A stretch of 64,000 nucleotides of DNA, taken from NCBI GenBank assembly GCA_951813565.1, contig OX638351.1:1312001-1376000 (forward strand). The letters are read 5' to 3'. This document shows positions 10,326-20,543 of this stretch, in pieces; positions within the stretch are counted from its first letter, which is position 1; each line of letters opens with the position of its first letter. Source of the DNA: an uncultured Poribacteria bacterium (GTDB lineage Bacteria; Poribacteria; WGA-4E; WGA-3G). The translations under genes were made by a program, and so were the position numbers. Under the pieces are notes generated by a model, which saw only the letters and a list, made by a program, of their open reading frames with translations, did no database searches and was not told where the DNA came from.

Positions 10326-10426
10326 TTATAATAGATTTTACAATTAACAATACACCTTGATCGGCGCGTTTGCAAAGCGCGTCTGTCCAACTCTGAGATA
10401 CCTAATCTTAAGCAATTGAATATACA

Positions 10427-11389
10427 ATGAATACAAATACAAACAACATTGAAAATAGAAATATCGTAATAATTGGCGGTGGGACTGCTGGTTTTGCCGC
10501 AGGTGTCTACACATCCCGTGCGATGCTGGAACCGGTTCTAATCACGGGTGATGCACTTGGCGGGCAACTTTCGTTAACACTTGACCTTGAGAACTACCCC
10601 GGATTTTTCGGCAACGAGGCATCAGTCTTCATTCAAGGCATGCAGGAACAAGCAGAGCGGTTTGGCACTGAGGTTAAATTTGATACAGTAACAGCGGTTG
10701 ATTTCGCGCAACATCCATTTGTCGTCAATACTTATGGAAAAGAATACCACGCTAAATCTGTAATTATCTGCACTGGTGCTTCACCACGCACACTGGACAT
10801 TCCTGGCGAAGAGGGATATGGAGGACGCGGTGTTTCATACTGTGCGACGTGTGACGGATTTTTCTTCCAAGACCAGCGACTCATTGTGGTTGGTGGCGGG
10901 GACGCAGCATTGGAAGAAGGCATCTTCTTAACGAAATATGCCTCTGAGGTCTATATTGTCCATCGCCGAGACCAACTCCGTGCAAGCCAAATTATGCAGG
11001 AACGCGCATTCAAAAATGATAAAATCAAGTTTATTTGGGATACTATTGTTGAAGAAATTTGCGGAGATGACGAAAAAGTAACGGGTGCCAAACTCAAAAA
11101 CGTCAAAACGAATGAGACTGAACTTTTCCCGATTGACGGTGTGTTTATCTTTATAGGTCATATCCCGAACACAGAACTGTTCACAGATGTCATAAATATG
11201 GACGAGCAGGGGTATATCGTTGTGGACGAGATGCAGCGCACTAACATAGATGGCGTTTTTGCCGCGGGTGATGTGCATGACCACGTATTCCGTCAAGCAA
11301 TTACCGCTGCAGGGGCAGGTGCAGCGGCAGCTATCGCCTCAGAAAAATTCATCGCTGAATTGGAAAACCGTGCCTATCCAGGGAATTGA
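10427..11389 (+). CDS. trxB: Thioredoxin-disulfide reductase
   Basis: GGGTAG, SYCATCDG, GGGDAALEE, FAAGDV..RQAITAAG. Confidence 0.95.
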   Translation: MNTNTNNIENRNIVIIGGGTAGFAAGVYTSRAMLEPVLITGDALGGQLSLTLDLENYPGFFGNEASVFIQGMQEQAERFGTEVKFDTVTAVDFAQHPFVVNTYGKEYHAKSVIICTGASPRTLDIPGEEGYGGRGVSYCATCDGFFFQDQRLIVVGGGDAALEEGIFLTKYASEVYIVHRRDQLRASQIMQERAFKNDKIKFIWDTIVEEICGDDEKVTGAKLKNVKTNETELFPIDGVFIFIGHIPNTELFTDVINMDEQGYIVVDEMQRTNIDGVFAAGDVHDHVFRQAITAAGAGAAAAIASEKFIAELENRAYPGN

Positions 11390-11455
11390 TTCTTCAGAAT
11401 AGGTGCACTGTAAAGAAGGTTGATATTCAACGGCAGAATAGAGTACAATATTGAT

Positions 11456-12403
11456 ATGATCTACGTAAGAGAGCAGCCTGATTCAGACTTTGCATCACTG
11501 CCGCACGGTAGATATGATATTGTAACTAAAGATACTTTACAGAAATTCCCTAAAGACATCCTGCAGACCGTCTTGGAACGATCCGATTTTGAGTTTATAG
11601 AATTTGTTGAAGGTGAATTGACGACAGTAGAAGTTCGCCGGACAGATAATCTTATAAAGGTGCTACTGGGTGATGAATTGGTCTTGGTGCATATTGAGTT
11701 TCAAGTTGGCGACAGCACCGATCTTGAAATGGCGCGCCGCAACGTAGGTTATCTCGGTAGATGTTATGAAAGATACGGCTTGCCTATCTTTTCTCACGTA
11801 ATTTATCTCCGCTCCAATGCCGGGCAGAATGATCCAGGTGGTTACAGGCAAGACGTGCCTAATTACCGGTTCATTGTTGAGTACAAAGTGATTCGTCTCA
11901 TTCAACTTGATGGGCAATCTGTTTTTGATGAACAAAATGCTGGGCTTATGCCGTTCGCGCCGCTGATGCAGCCACTGGTTGGCATGGAACGGCTCCAATG
12001 GGCAATTCAATGTAACGAAAGGACAAAGACACTCTCGTTGCCCACAGATATTCGGAGTAATCTTCTCGTATCACAGTGGGTGATGAGTGGTTTAATTCAC
12101 CCGCATCAAGCAATTGCAGATTTTATAAAGGAGGGAATCGTGCAAGAATCTTCAGTATATCAACATCTCGTAGAAACGGCGGGAGAAGAGTATTATCAAC
12201 GGGGGGCACGACAAAGTACTATTAGAGATCTCTTTGCGGTGCTTGAGTTTCGGTTTGCTGGGCGCGACGTTCAAGTGCTTAGACCCGAATTGGAAAACAT
12301 CAAGGATCTTGAACGACTTCAAGAGTTGCATAACGAAGCTTTACGCGCAGAGAACTTTGAGGCGTTCACTCACATTTTGGGCATGAACAACGGCAGCGAG
12401 TAA
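11456..12403 (+). CDS. Rpn-like (PD-(D/E)XK) recombination-promoting nuclease / putative transposase family protein
   Basis: RRTD...HIEFQ motif; QESSVYQ and LEFRF...LERLQEL C-terminal region. Confidence 0.7.
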   Translation: MIYVREQPDSDFASLPHGRYDIVTKDTLQKFPKDILQTVLERSDFEFIEFVEGELTTVEVRRTDNLIKVLLGDELVLVHIEFQVGDSTDLEMARRNVGYLGRCYERYGLPIFSHVIYLRSNAGQNDPGGYRQDVPNYRFIVEYKVIRLIQLDGQSVFDEQNAGLMPFAPLMQPLVGMERLQWAIQCNERTKTLSLPTDIRSNLLVSQWVMSGLIHPHQAIADFIKEGIVQESSVYQHLVETAGEEYYQRGARQSTIRDLFAVLEFRFAGRDVQVLRPELENIKDLERLQELHNEALRAENFEAFTHILGMNNGSE

Positions 12404-12486
12404 TAGGTTACGGAGACGATTGAACTGGATAGTTGACATAGACTGCAGATATCCATATCAACCAGAATTGAGAGGAAATTGTTTCA

Positions 12487-14142
12487 GTGACTAAACATAA
12501 AAATCAACGTCTCGCACTCGGCTTAGACTCAAGCACACAGAGTTTATCGGCAATCGTTATTGATATAGACACAGCAGAGAAGTATTTTGAACACGCAATT
12601 GACTATCGCGCTGATAAACGTACCAACTGCTTCGGTATCGGAGAGGACTATATCTTACCACCGAAGTCTGAAGGTGAAGCAGAACAACCACCGTTGATGT
12701 TCCTTGCGTCACTCAATGCAATGTTCGCTGACATGTGCGAGGCAGGTGTTGCATTAGAGAATATCGTTGCTATCAACACATCGGGACAACAGCACGGGCA
12801 TGTTTATCTGAACCGAAACGCTGCGATTATATTCTCCAATCTACAAAGGACAGAAAGTAGTAGATTAGATTTAAACACGCTTTTAGCAGGTGTCTTCTCG
12901 TATTCCACTGCACCAATTTGGATGACTGCCAATACAGTTGTGCAGACAAATCATGTGCGAGAAGCCGTTGGTGGGAAAACAGAGATGATTGAACGTTCTG
13001 GCTCAGATGCACCGCTTCGGTTCACGGGTGCCGTGCTCCGCCGTGTGGCAGAACAATCATCACGCGCCTACGCGGCGACAGAAAAAATCCAACTCATTAG
13101 CAGTTTTATCCCCGCAGTGCTGTCGGCAAATCCATTAGTGCCGATTGATATTGGTAACGGATGTGGCATGTCGCTTATGAATTACCGGAACAAGATGTGG
13201 GATAACGAGCTGATAGCAGCAACGGCACAAGGCTTACCCGGTGGTCCAGAAGAATTACTGAGTAAATTGCCAGAACTTGCCCCGCCAGATTCTGTTGTAG
13301 GGAATATCGCGACGTATTTTGTGGAAAGGTATGGATTTTCTGAAACGTGTTCAATCATAGCAGGGTCAGGGGACAATCCGCAGGCGAAGGTTCCTGTTGC
13401 AGGAGATCTCCTCAGTCTCGGCACAAGTTTTGTCAATATGGTCTCAACAGATGGAGACACACTTGACCCAGAAGGTTTTGCAAACGCTATGTATGACGGC
13501 ATTGGTCGTCCGTTTATGTTCGGGTGCCGCACCAATGGTGCTATGGTGTGGGATGCTGTTAGAAATCACTATGGACTTGCAAAAGAGGAATATGAACCGG
13601 CGGAAGCAGCTTTGCGAAACGTTTCACCCGGACAGTTCATGACATTTTGGCAACCAAAAACGGAATCTTTTCCTGTTTCTGATGCCTTTGACTTTGTACG
13701 CTTAGCAGAATCGGAAACTCCAAATTTAGCGAAGGATTATACGGGTATAATTGAGACAAGCCTTGCAGCTGTTTATGTTTATTCCAAGGTTTTTACAAAA
13801 CCATCACAAGACCCTTTATATGTTACAGGAGGCGCGACTGGGAGTCCGCAAATTATGCGGCGCGTCGCAGGAATTTGGAACAGACCTGTCGTCCCCGTCC
13901 AAAAAGGAGGTGCTGCGCTCGGTGCTGCTGTAGCAGGTGTGAAAGCACATTGTGATCATATAGATGAACCGTTTGATGTGGAGGCATTTAGTGCTGCTGT
14001 CCTAAAACGCGGTGAACTTATTCAACCCAATCCGAGTGATGTTGAAGCGTATCACGGAAACGGGAATTATCTCCAACGATTCCGCCAGACCTATGAAGAA
14101 ATTATGATGGAAATGAAAGAAATTATAGAGAACCCGTTATAG
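12487..14142 (+). CDS. xylB: FGGY carbohydrate kinase, xylulokinase of the eukaryote-like (XKS1/XYLB) type
   Basis: LGLDSSTQSL, SGQQHGHVY, RFTG, GDNP, SLGTS, VTGGA motifs. Confidence 0.75.
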   Translation: MTKHKNQRLALGLDSSTQSLSAIVIDIDTAEKYFEHAIDYRADKRTNCFGIGEDYILPPKSEGEAEQPPLMFLASLNAMFADMCEAGVALENIVAINTSGQQHGHVYLNRNAAIIFSNLQRTESSRLDLNTLLAGVFSYSTAPIWMTANTVVQTNHVREAVGGKTEMIERSGSDAPLRFTGAVLRRVAEQSSRAYAATEKIQLISSFIPAVLSANPLVPIDIGNGCGMSLMNYRNKMWDNELIAATAQGLPGGPEELLSKLPELAPPDSVVGNIATYFVERYGFSETCSIIAGSGDNPQAKVPVAGDLLSLGTSFVNMVSTDGDTLDPEGFANAMYDGIGRPFMFGCRTNGAMVWDAVRNHYGLAKEEYEPAEAALRNVSPGQFMTFWQPKTESFPVSDAFDFVRLAESETPNLAKDYTGIIETSLAAVYVYSKVFTKPSQDPLYVTGGATGSPQIMRRVAGIWNRPVVPVQKGGAALGAAVAGVKAHCDHIDEPFDVEAFSAAVLKRGELIQPNPSDVEAYHGNGNYLQRFRQTYEEIMMEMKEIIENPL

Positions 14143-14163
14143 TAGCAAACAGTAAGTTGAACG

Positions 14164-14631
14164 ATGAACAAACTAACACACTTTGATGAAAAAGGCAATA
14201 CTCGGATGGTTGATGTTGGGGAGAAACCGGAAACGTTGCGCATCGCTATTGCCAAAGGACATGTGACGGCTCAACCTGAAACGCTCCACCGCATCTCTGA
14301 ACAGCAGATGAAGAAGGGTAATGTTTTGGAAGTCGCCCGACTCGCAGGTTATATGGCAGCAAAACGGACGAGTGAACTCATTCCGTTGTGTCATCCTCTT
14401 AATCTTACCTCTATTCGTGTGGATGTAGTGATTGTTGAAGACAAGATAGCGATTGAAGCAGAGGTGCAAACCGTCGGACGAACAGGTGTGGAGATGGAAG
14501 CACTCACTGCCGTATCCGTTGCTGGTTTGACCGTTTACGATATGTGTAAAGCCGTTGACCGAGAAATGTGTATATCCGAAATAAGGTTAGTCAAGAAAAC
14601 CGGTGGCGCAAGCGGCGATTTCAATTTGTAA
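14164..14631 (+). CDS. moaC: Cyclic pyranopterin monophosphate synthase
   Basis: [34 protein letters not shown]. Confidence 0.96.
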   Translation: MNKLTHFDEKGNTRMVDVGEKPETLRIAIAKGHVTAQPETLHRISEQQMKKGNVLEVARLAGYMAAKRTSELIPLCHPLNLTSIRVDVVIVEDKIAIEAEVQTVGRTGVEMEALTAVSVAGLTVYDMCKAVDREMCISEIRLVKKTGGASGDFNL

Positions 14632-14740
14632 TTGCAAATTAACTTCATTTCACTGATAAGCGTGCTTTGTAAGCGCGTTGTCAATAATGTAGAATTATAT
14701 TTTTACCAATACACACTATGCTAAAACGGAGAAATAAAAA

Positions 14741-17665
14741 ATGCGTCGAATTATCATAGCAATCCTTGCTGTTTTTCTATCGGTTTCCACAACAGTTTTT
14801 GCAACAGATTATGTTCTAATTCTCGGTGGCGTTGGCGGTGAGAAATCCTACTATGACCAATTTTGGAGTGCGACTTCACGATTCCACCAGTTGCTTACAC
14901 AAGAATACGGATTTGCCCCAGAGCAGATTACCTTCCTTTTTGAGGATGAAGGCACGCTCCCGGGTCTCGTCACGGGTGAGGTAAAGCGAGAACCGGTTTT
15001 AGAGGCATTTGCCCAGCTTGCTGAAAAGGTTCAACCATCAGACAGGTTTATCCTCTTCATGGTTGGACACGCAACGCGCAGCCCATCCGGTATAAAATTT
15101 AATTTACCAGGACGCGATATCAGCCAACAAGAATATACTGACAGTATCAACAGCATTCGCGCTGAACAGCAGCTACTCGTCTTTGGGTTTCCATATAGTG
15201 CAGGGATAGTCCAAAAAATCAGCAAATCAGGACGCATAATTATTACATCAAGTTCTTCACGTGAAGGTTATGCCTCTCAAGCTGGTTTCGGTGATATCTT
15301 TGTTGATGCCTTCTCTGAATCATCTGCAGATACAAACGACGATGGAGCAATATCACTTTTAGAGGCATTTCTCTGGATGCAAACTCGCGTTGACGAATGG
15401 TATGCACAAGATGGCGCAATGCAAGCAGAACATCCTCATCTTGATGATAACGGTGATGGTCGTGCCTCGCGTAAGGATTTAGAAGCAAATGGTGAAGGAA
15501 CACTCACTGATAAGACATTTTTAGGAACACGGCGCACACCTCTACCGCCAAAAGAGCAAAGTGCTGTAGAAAACCCGCAAGAAGAACAAGACGAATCACT
15601 GGCTCCGCATACACAGGACAATGGTCATGTCCATGGCGAGGACCCTCCAGAGGAAGAGGAAAAAGAACAGGTAGAAATGAAAGGGAAATCGTCACTGCCG
15701 TATAATTTTATTAGCGAGGCAGACGAACAAGCTATTCAAAAGAGCATTGAAAACGCTCTTGCCGAACCAGGAAACCTTGAGGACAGTGCTGTTGTGCTGT
15801 GGGAAGCAGAAGTACATGACATTGATGAGGATGGCAGGCGTGTTTATTCTACACGACGAGTCGTCAAAATATTCAATGAAGATGGGTATCATTTCGGTGA
15901 AATTCGGATTCCTTATACACAGGATGCGGATGATGTTACTATCCATCATGCGCGAACACTTAAACCTGATGGTACTCAAGGGGAATTGGAGGAACGTAAA
16001 ATCGTTCGCGGGATTACACCAGCTGCTGCTACTGAAGCAGGACTGAACGTTAATACCCGTTTGATGTATTTTGAATTACCGAAGATATCCGACGGTTGTA
16101 TCATTGACTACGCCTATTCTACCAGAAACCCGCGAAGTGCCATGAAGGGCGAATTTTGGCGGCAAGTCTATTTTCAGGTTGATGTGCCTGTCCAATATTA
16201 CCGTCTTACGACACATATTCCGAAGAAAAAACCGCTATTTTACCAAGTAGATGGGCCTTCAATCGAGCCAACTGTCACTGAAAACAACTATAGTCGCACC
16301 TATACATTTGAAACGAAAGATGTGCCAGCCTTACGTCGCGAACCTTTGATGCCTGCTGTTTCGGATTTTGCTTATAACATTAGCCTCTCCTCAATTGATT
16401 CATGGGATAAATTGATCACGTGGTACGCGACATTAATTCGTGAACAGGATAGAATTACGAAGGAAATTGAGGAAAAAACGAAAGAGATACTCACCGGGGC
16501 ATTGTCACGTCAGGAAAAAATCAAGAGGCTCTATGAATTTGTTGCGACAACCATCAAGTACGCGGGAGATGAGCGTGGGATATGGGGTATCAAACCGTAT
16601 CCTGCCGCCAAAGTATTAGAGGGTGAATGGGGAGATTGTAAAGGCAAATCAACGCTACTTTCAACGATGCTGCGTGTCGCTGGAATTGATTCTTACCCGG
16701 TTCTTATCTCCGCTGGCAAGGCGAGTGAAATTGTCCCAGAAGTTCCATCGCTTGCATATTTTAATCACATGATTCTTGCGGTAGATGGCGGGAAAGATAA
16801 CGATTTAATATGGCTTGACCCGACCGCCCAAACATGTGCTTTTGGCGATTTTCCTGCCAGTGACCAAAATCGATGGACCCTGATTATTAATACCGATGCA
16901 CCAACAAAGGACGGAATTAGTGTAGATGCCGCAGACACATCTATCCAGGATCAGGAAAAACTTGACGGAGAAAAAGTGAAAAGCCTCCTTTATGCTTTTC
17001 AAAAGAGTCCTGCGCTCCCAGCAGATTCAAATGTGAGGCGGACTGCAATTCATGTCAAAGTCAAAAAGGATTTGAGTGTAGAGGTTACGCAGGAACTGCG
17101 GGTTTCTGGAGATTTCAACGCAAGATTGCGAGCGAGGCTTTTAGGTGTTGATCATCGTGAAGAACGAATCCGATTTCTTCGTAGTACTTTAGAATTGGAC
17201 GAACGTGCCAAAGTGGAACATTTTAAAATTTCGGAAACAAAACAACTGGGACCTGAATTAAAAATTAACCTAACGTGGTCATGTAAGGAATACCTATACA
17301 AAATGGGCGACCAATTCATTTTGGAACTGCCTATTGCTGAACATCCGTATGCCGAATTGTTAAGAGACGAGGAACGCGACCATCCGGCTGTTCTTGGGAA
17401 GGCACTTACTTTTGAAGACCAAATCACTGTTGATGCGGAGGCACCATTTGTCATAGAGATGATACCGGAGCCACAAAAACTCCAAACAGATGTCGCTGAA
17501 ATCCACTTGGATTATACAAAATCTGGACAGAAAGCAGAGATGAGACAGAAAATTCGTTTCCACGCGCCAAAGGTGGAAGCCACCAAAATCTCTAATCTCA
17601 CGAATGTTGTTAGAATTGCTTCAAGCCAAAGCACAAAACGATTTATCTTAACTCAAAAACCGTAG
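14741..17665 (+). CDS. Secreted fusion: caspase/legumain-like N-domain + DUF3857 + transglutaminase-like domain
   Basis: Signal peptide; ILFMVGH; DTNDDGAISLLEAF; IIDYAY; GDCKGKS / FNHMI / WLDPT triad motifs. Confidence 0.75.
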   Translation: MRRIIIAILAVFLSVSTTVFATDYVLILGGVGGEKSYYDQFWSATSRFHQLLTQEYGFAPEQITFLFEDEGTLPGLVTGEVKREPVLEAFAQLAEKVQPSDRFILFMVGHATRSPSGIKFNLPGRDISQQEYTDSINSIRAEQQLLVFGFPYSAGIVQKISKSGRIIITSSSSREGYASQAGFGDIFVDAFSESSADTNDDGAISLLEAFLWMQTRVDEWYAQDGAMQAEHPHLDDNGDGRASRKDLEANGEGTLTDKTFLGTRRTPLPPKEQSAVENPQEEQDESLAPHTQDNGHVHGEDPPEEEEKEQVEMKGKSSLPYNFISEADEQAIQKSIENALAEPGNLEDSAVVLWEAEVHDIDEDGRRVYSTRRVVKIFNEDGYHFGEIRIPYTQDADDVTIHHARTLKPDGTQGELEERKIVRGITPAAATEAGLNVNTRLMYFELPKISDGCIIDYAYSTRNPRSAMKGEFWRQVYFQVDVPVQYYRLTTHIPKKKPLFYQVDGPSIEPTVTENNYSRTYTFETKDVPALRREPLMPAVSDFAYNISLSSIDSWDKLITWYATLIREQDRITKEIEEKTKEILTGALSRQEKIKRLYEFVATTIKYAGDERGIWGIKPYPAAKVLEGEWGDCKGKSTLLSTMLRVAGIDSYPVLISAGKASEIVPEVPSLAYFNHMILAVDGGKDNDLIWLDPTAQTCAFGDFPASDQNRWTLIINTDAPTKDGISVDAADTSIQDQEKLDGEKVKSLLYAFQKSPALPADSNVRRTAIHVKVKKDLSVEVTQELRVSGDFNARLRARLLGVDHREERIRFLRSTLELDERAKVEHFKISETKQLGPELKINLTWSCKEYLYKMGDQFILELPIAEHPYAELLRDEERDHPAVLGKALTFEDQITVDAEAPFVIEMIPEPQKLQTDVAEIHLDYTKSGQKAEMRQKIRFHAPKVEATKISNLTNVVRIASSQSTKRFILTQKP

Positions 17666-17742
17666 AAGGCAGCGCACTTTCCATAATAGAAGGCGTTGAT
17701 ATTATATTTTCCAACTTTATCACCCATATAAGGAGTGAGTAG

Positions 17743-18750
17743 ATGCCAGCAACTGAAGAAGTCCAAGCTATTGAAGAGTTAATGAAAAGCCAAGAATCAA
17801 TTGTGGAGCAGTTGAAAAAAGTTATTATCGGCCAAGAAGAGGTAATCAATCAGATGTTGATGGCACTCTTTGCCGGTGGGCATTGCCTTGTCGAAGGTGT
17901 GCCGGGATTAGCGAAAACGTTGATGATCAAAACACTCGCTGAGATCCTCAATCTCAAATTTAAACGAATTCAGTTCACACCTGATTTGATGCCCGCTGAT
18001 ATTATCGGTACCGATGTGCTTGAGGAGGATCGCACTACAGGACATAGGACGATTCGGTTCATTCAAGGGCCTATCTTCGCGAATATCCTTCTTGCCGATG
18101 AGATTAACCGAACGCCGCCGAAGACACAAGCTGCGCTTCTGGAAGCAATGCAGGAATACCATGTTACTGCTGGTGGTAACGAATACGAATTGACTGAACC
18201 CTTCTTTGTGCTTGCTACACAGAATCCAATTGAGCAGGAAGGCACATACCCGTTGCCAGAAGCACAGCTTGACAGGTTCATGTTCAAAATCGTTATAGAC
18301 TATCCAGCAGAGGAAGAGGAAGTTAATATCATTTCTGCGACAACAGGCGCCGAAGAACCAGAATTAGATACAGCACTTTCAGGTGAAGCCATTGTTGCGT
18401 TGCACCAAATCGTTCGCAGAGTGCCTGCAGCAGATAACGTTGTACAATACGCCGTAAAACTGGCTCGGGCAACCCGTCCTAAAGAAAAGGATGCACCTGA
18501 CTTTATTCAACAGTGGGTGCGATGGGGGGCAGGTCCGCGTGCAGGTCAGTATCTGATATTAGGTGCGAAAGCCAGAGCTATTCTCAGAGGACGTTACAAC
18601 GCTTCGTGTGAAGATGTTAAAGCAGTAGCGCCGGCAGTGCTACGACATCGCGTGCTGACAAACTTTCATGCTGAGGCTGAAGGGGTTGATACCGATATAG
18701 TTATTGAACGCCTCCTTGAAACAGTACAAGAACCTGCTGCCAAAATGTAA
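17743..18750 (+). CDS. moxR: MoxR-family AAA+ ATPase
   Basis: [47 protein letters not shown]. Confidence 0.93.
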   Translation: MPATEEVQAIEELMKSQESIVEQLKKVIIGQEEVINQMLMALFAGGHCLVEGVPGLAKTLMIKTLAEILNLKFKRIQFTPDLMPADIIGTDVLEEDRTTGHRTIRFIQGPIFANILLADEINRTPPKTQAALLEAMQEYHVTAGGNEYELTEPFFVLATQNPIEQEGTYPLPEAQLDRFMFKIVIDYPAEEEEVNIISATTGAEEPELDTALSGEAIVALHQIVRRVPAADNVVQYAVKLARATRPKEKDAPDFIQQWVRWGAGPRAGQYLILGAKARAILRGRYNASCEDVKAVAPAVLRHRVLTNFHAEAEGVDTDIVIERLLETVQEPAAKM

Positions 18751-18793
18751 TTCTCTGCGCTAAGGACCCCTTAAATTATCTCCGTTCCCATCT

Positions 18794-19483
18794 TTGGAGC
18801 GCAAAATCTTGAAAGTTTCGGTCATCATTCCTGTTTTAAATGAAGAAGGCGCGATTGCAAATGTCATCAACGATATTCCAAAATCGTTAGTTCAAGAAAT
18901 AATCGTTGTAGACAATGGATGCACCGACCGGACAGTAGAAATAGCGCGTCAACACGGTGCAAAAGTCGTGACTGAGCCGCGCAGAGGCTATGGCAGCGCC
19001 TGTCTTGCAGGAATCGCTGCTGTTCAAGTAGCGGACATCATAGTTTTTTTAGATGGTGATTATAGCGATGATCCAACGGAGATGCCATCGCTTGTGCAAC
19101 CGATCCAAGAGGGGCTCGCGGAGTTTGTTGTCGGCACACGTGTGCCAAGTGAAAAGGGCGCGTTGCTACCGCAGGCACAATTCGGGAACAAACTTGCAAC
19201 CTTTTTAATGCGAATCTTTTTCGGCGTCCAGTATACCGATTTAGGACCCTTTCGTGCTATCCGTTACGAACAACTCCAGGCATTAGGCATGCAGGATAAA
19301 AACTTCGGATGGACAATAGAGATGCAACTCAAAGCAGCCAAAATGGGGATGAATGTCCGTGAGGTGCCAGTCAGTTATCGTAAACGTATCGGCACATCAA
19401 AAATTAGTGGTACCTTCATCGGAAGTATCCGAGCTGGTGCCAAGATACTGACAACACTCTTTCGGTATACAATTCTACGTTGA
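18794..19483 (+). CDS. Glycosyltransferase family 2 (DPM1-like)
   Basis: SVIIPVLNE, VVDNGCTD, FLDGD, TDLGPFRAI; TTG start 18794 or 18809. Confidence 0.9.
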   Translation: MERKILKVSVIIPVLNEEGAIANVINDIPKSLVQEIIVVDNGCTDRTVEIARQHGAKVVTEPRRGYGSACLAGIAAVQVADIIVFLDGDYSDDPTEMPSLVQPIQEGLAEFVVGTRVPSEKGALLPQAQFGNKLATFLMRIFFGVQYTDLGPFRAIRYEQLQALGMQDKNFGWTIEMQLKAAKMGMNVREVPVSYRKRIGTSKISGTFIGSIRAGAKILTTLFRYTILR

Positions 19484-19520
19484 TTTCTTCCGAGGGCGGG
19501 CGTTCTGTTGTAGGTAAAGC

Positions 19521-20492
19521 ATGAAAAATCTTGTTACAGAACATTTCTGGTACGTCAAACAGATACATGTTTTCCGAGACCTCTCCGAAGAAGATGCCCG
19601 CGTGTTAGCACAGATAGTCACATTCAAAAACCTAAAACACGAGGAGCGAATTCGCGAAGAAGGTGTTTATCTAATTAAAGAAGGGCGCGTTAAAATTTCC
19701 GAAAATCTATCAGATGCTGATTCTGAGAAAGTTGAAAAGCGTTCTAAGAATTCAGACTCCAATGAAAAGCAAGACCCAGAAACAAAAGATGTGCTGGAAC
19801 CGGGCGAGATATTTGGAGTAATCTCAGATGAAGGGGTTTTGAATGAAAATCGAACGACCTTCGCGGAAACTCTGACTGAAGTTTGGCTCGGCACAGCGAC
19901 AATTCGTGATTTTTCGTTTTTTCTTAAACGGAAACCGCATTTAGCACTACCACTACCTCGTAGGAGGCAGCTAGGTTTCTCTAATGTGTTTGGAGCATCC
20001 ACTAATCCATTTTTGAGATATAATAGGAATAAGAAACAAGAGGAACAACTTAATTCACGCAGCATATTGAAAACATCCGCTGCTCCAGATTGTAAACGTG
20101 CCAACGCGTTCAGAAATATTATGTTCCGAAGCACATCTTCTTGTCTTGCACTGCTATTACAGAATCTTGCTTTGACCCCAGATAGAAACGGTGTTGTGTT
20201 CGTGCCTCGTCTACCAATTAGGCGTATCTCAAGACTAATTGGCAGTTCAACGGAAACAACTGAGACACTATTAAAAACGTTTAAACAACATAATGTAATT
20301 GATACACGGCGCGGACAGATTCAGATTTTGAATCCGTGGCAGCTAAAGAAAATTGCAGTTGCGCGGATGAAAACATTATCGCCACCCGAAGTGCTTGTCA
20401 CTGCTTCCGATGATGATATTGATTTAGAAAAGCTTATTAATTTTCAGGAAGATGCCAGAACTGAACCCCGCTCTGCTGGACCTTCGGTGTAA
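19521..20492 (+). CDS. Divergent Crp/Fnr-family regulator
   Basis: VYLIKEGRVKI...LEPGEIFG cNMP-fold; C-terminal HTH-like ISRLIGSSTET..LLK.F. Confidence 0.65.
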   Translation: MKNLVTEHFWYVKQIHVFRDLSEEDARVLAQIVTFKNLKHEERIREEGVYLIKEGRVKISENLSDADSEKVEKRSKNSDSNEKQDPETKDVLEPGEIFGVISDEGVLNENRTTFAETLTEVWLGTATIRDFSFFLKRKPHLALPLPRRRQLGFSNVFGASTNPFLRYNRNKKQEEQLNSRSILKTSAAPDCKRANAFRNIMFRSTSSCLALLLQNLALTPDRNGVVFVPRLPIRRISRLIGSSTETTETLLKTFKQHNVIDTRRGQIQILNPWQLKKIAVARMKTLSPPEVLVTASDDDIDLEKLINFQEDARTEPRSAGPSV

Positions 20493-20543
20493 AACTTTGT
20501 TCACGTTACTTACACAAGAATAGAAACTGATTATTTGGAGAAT

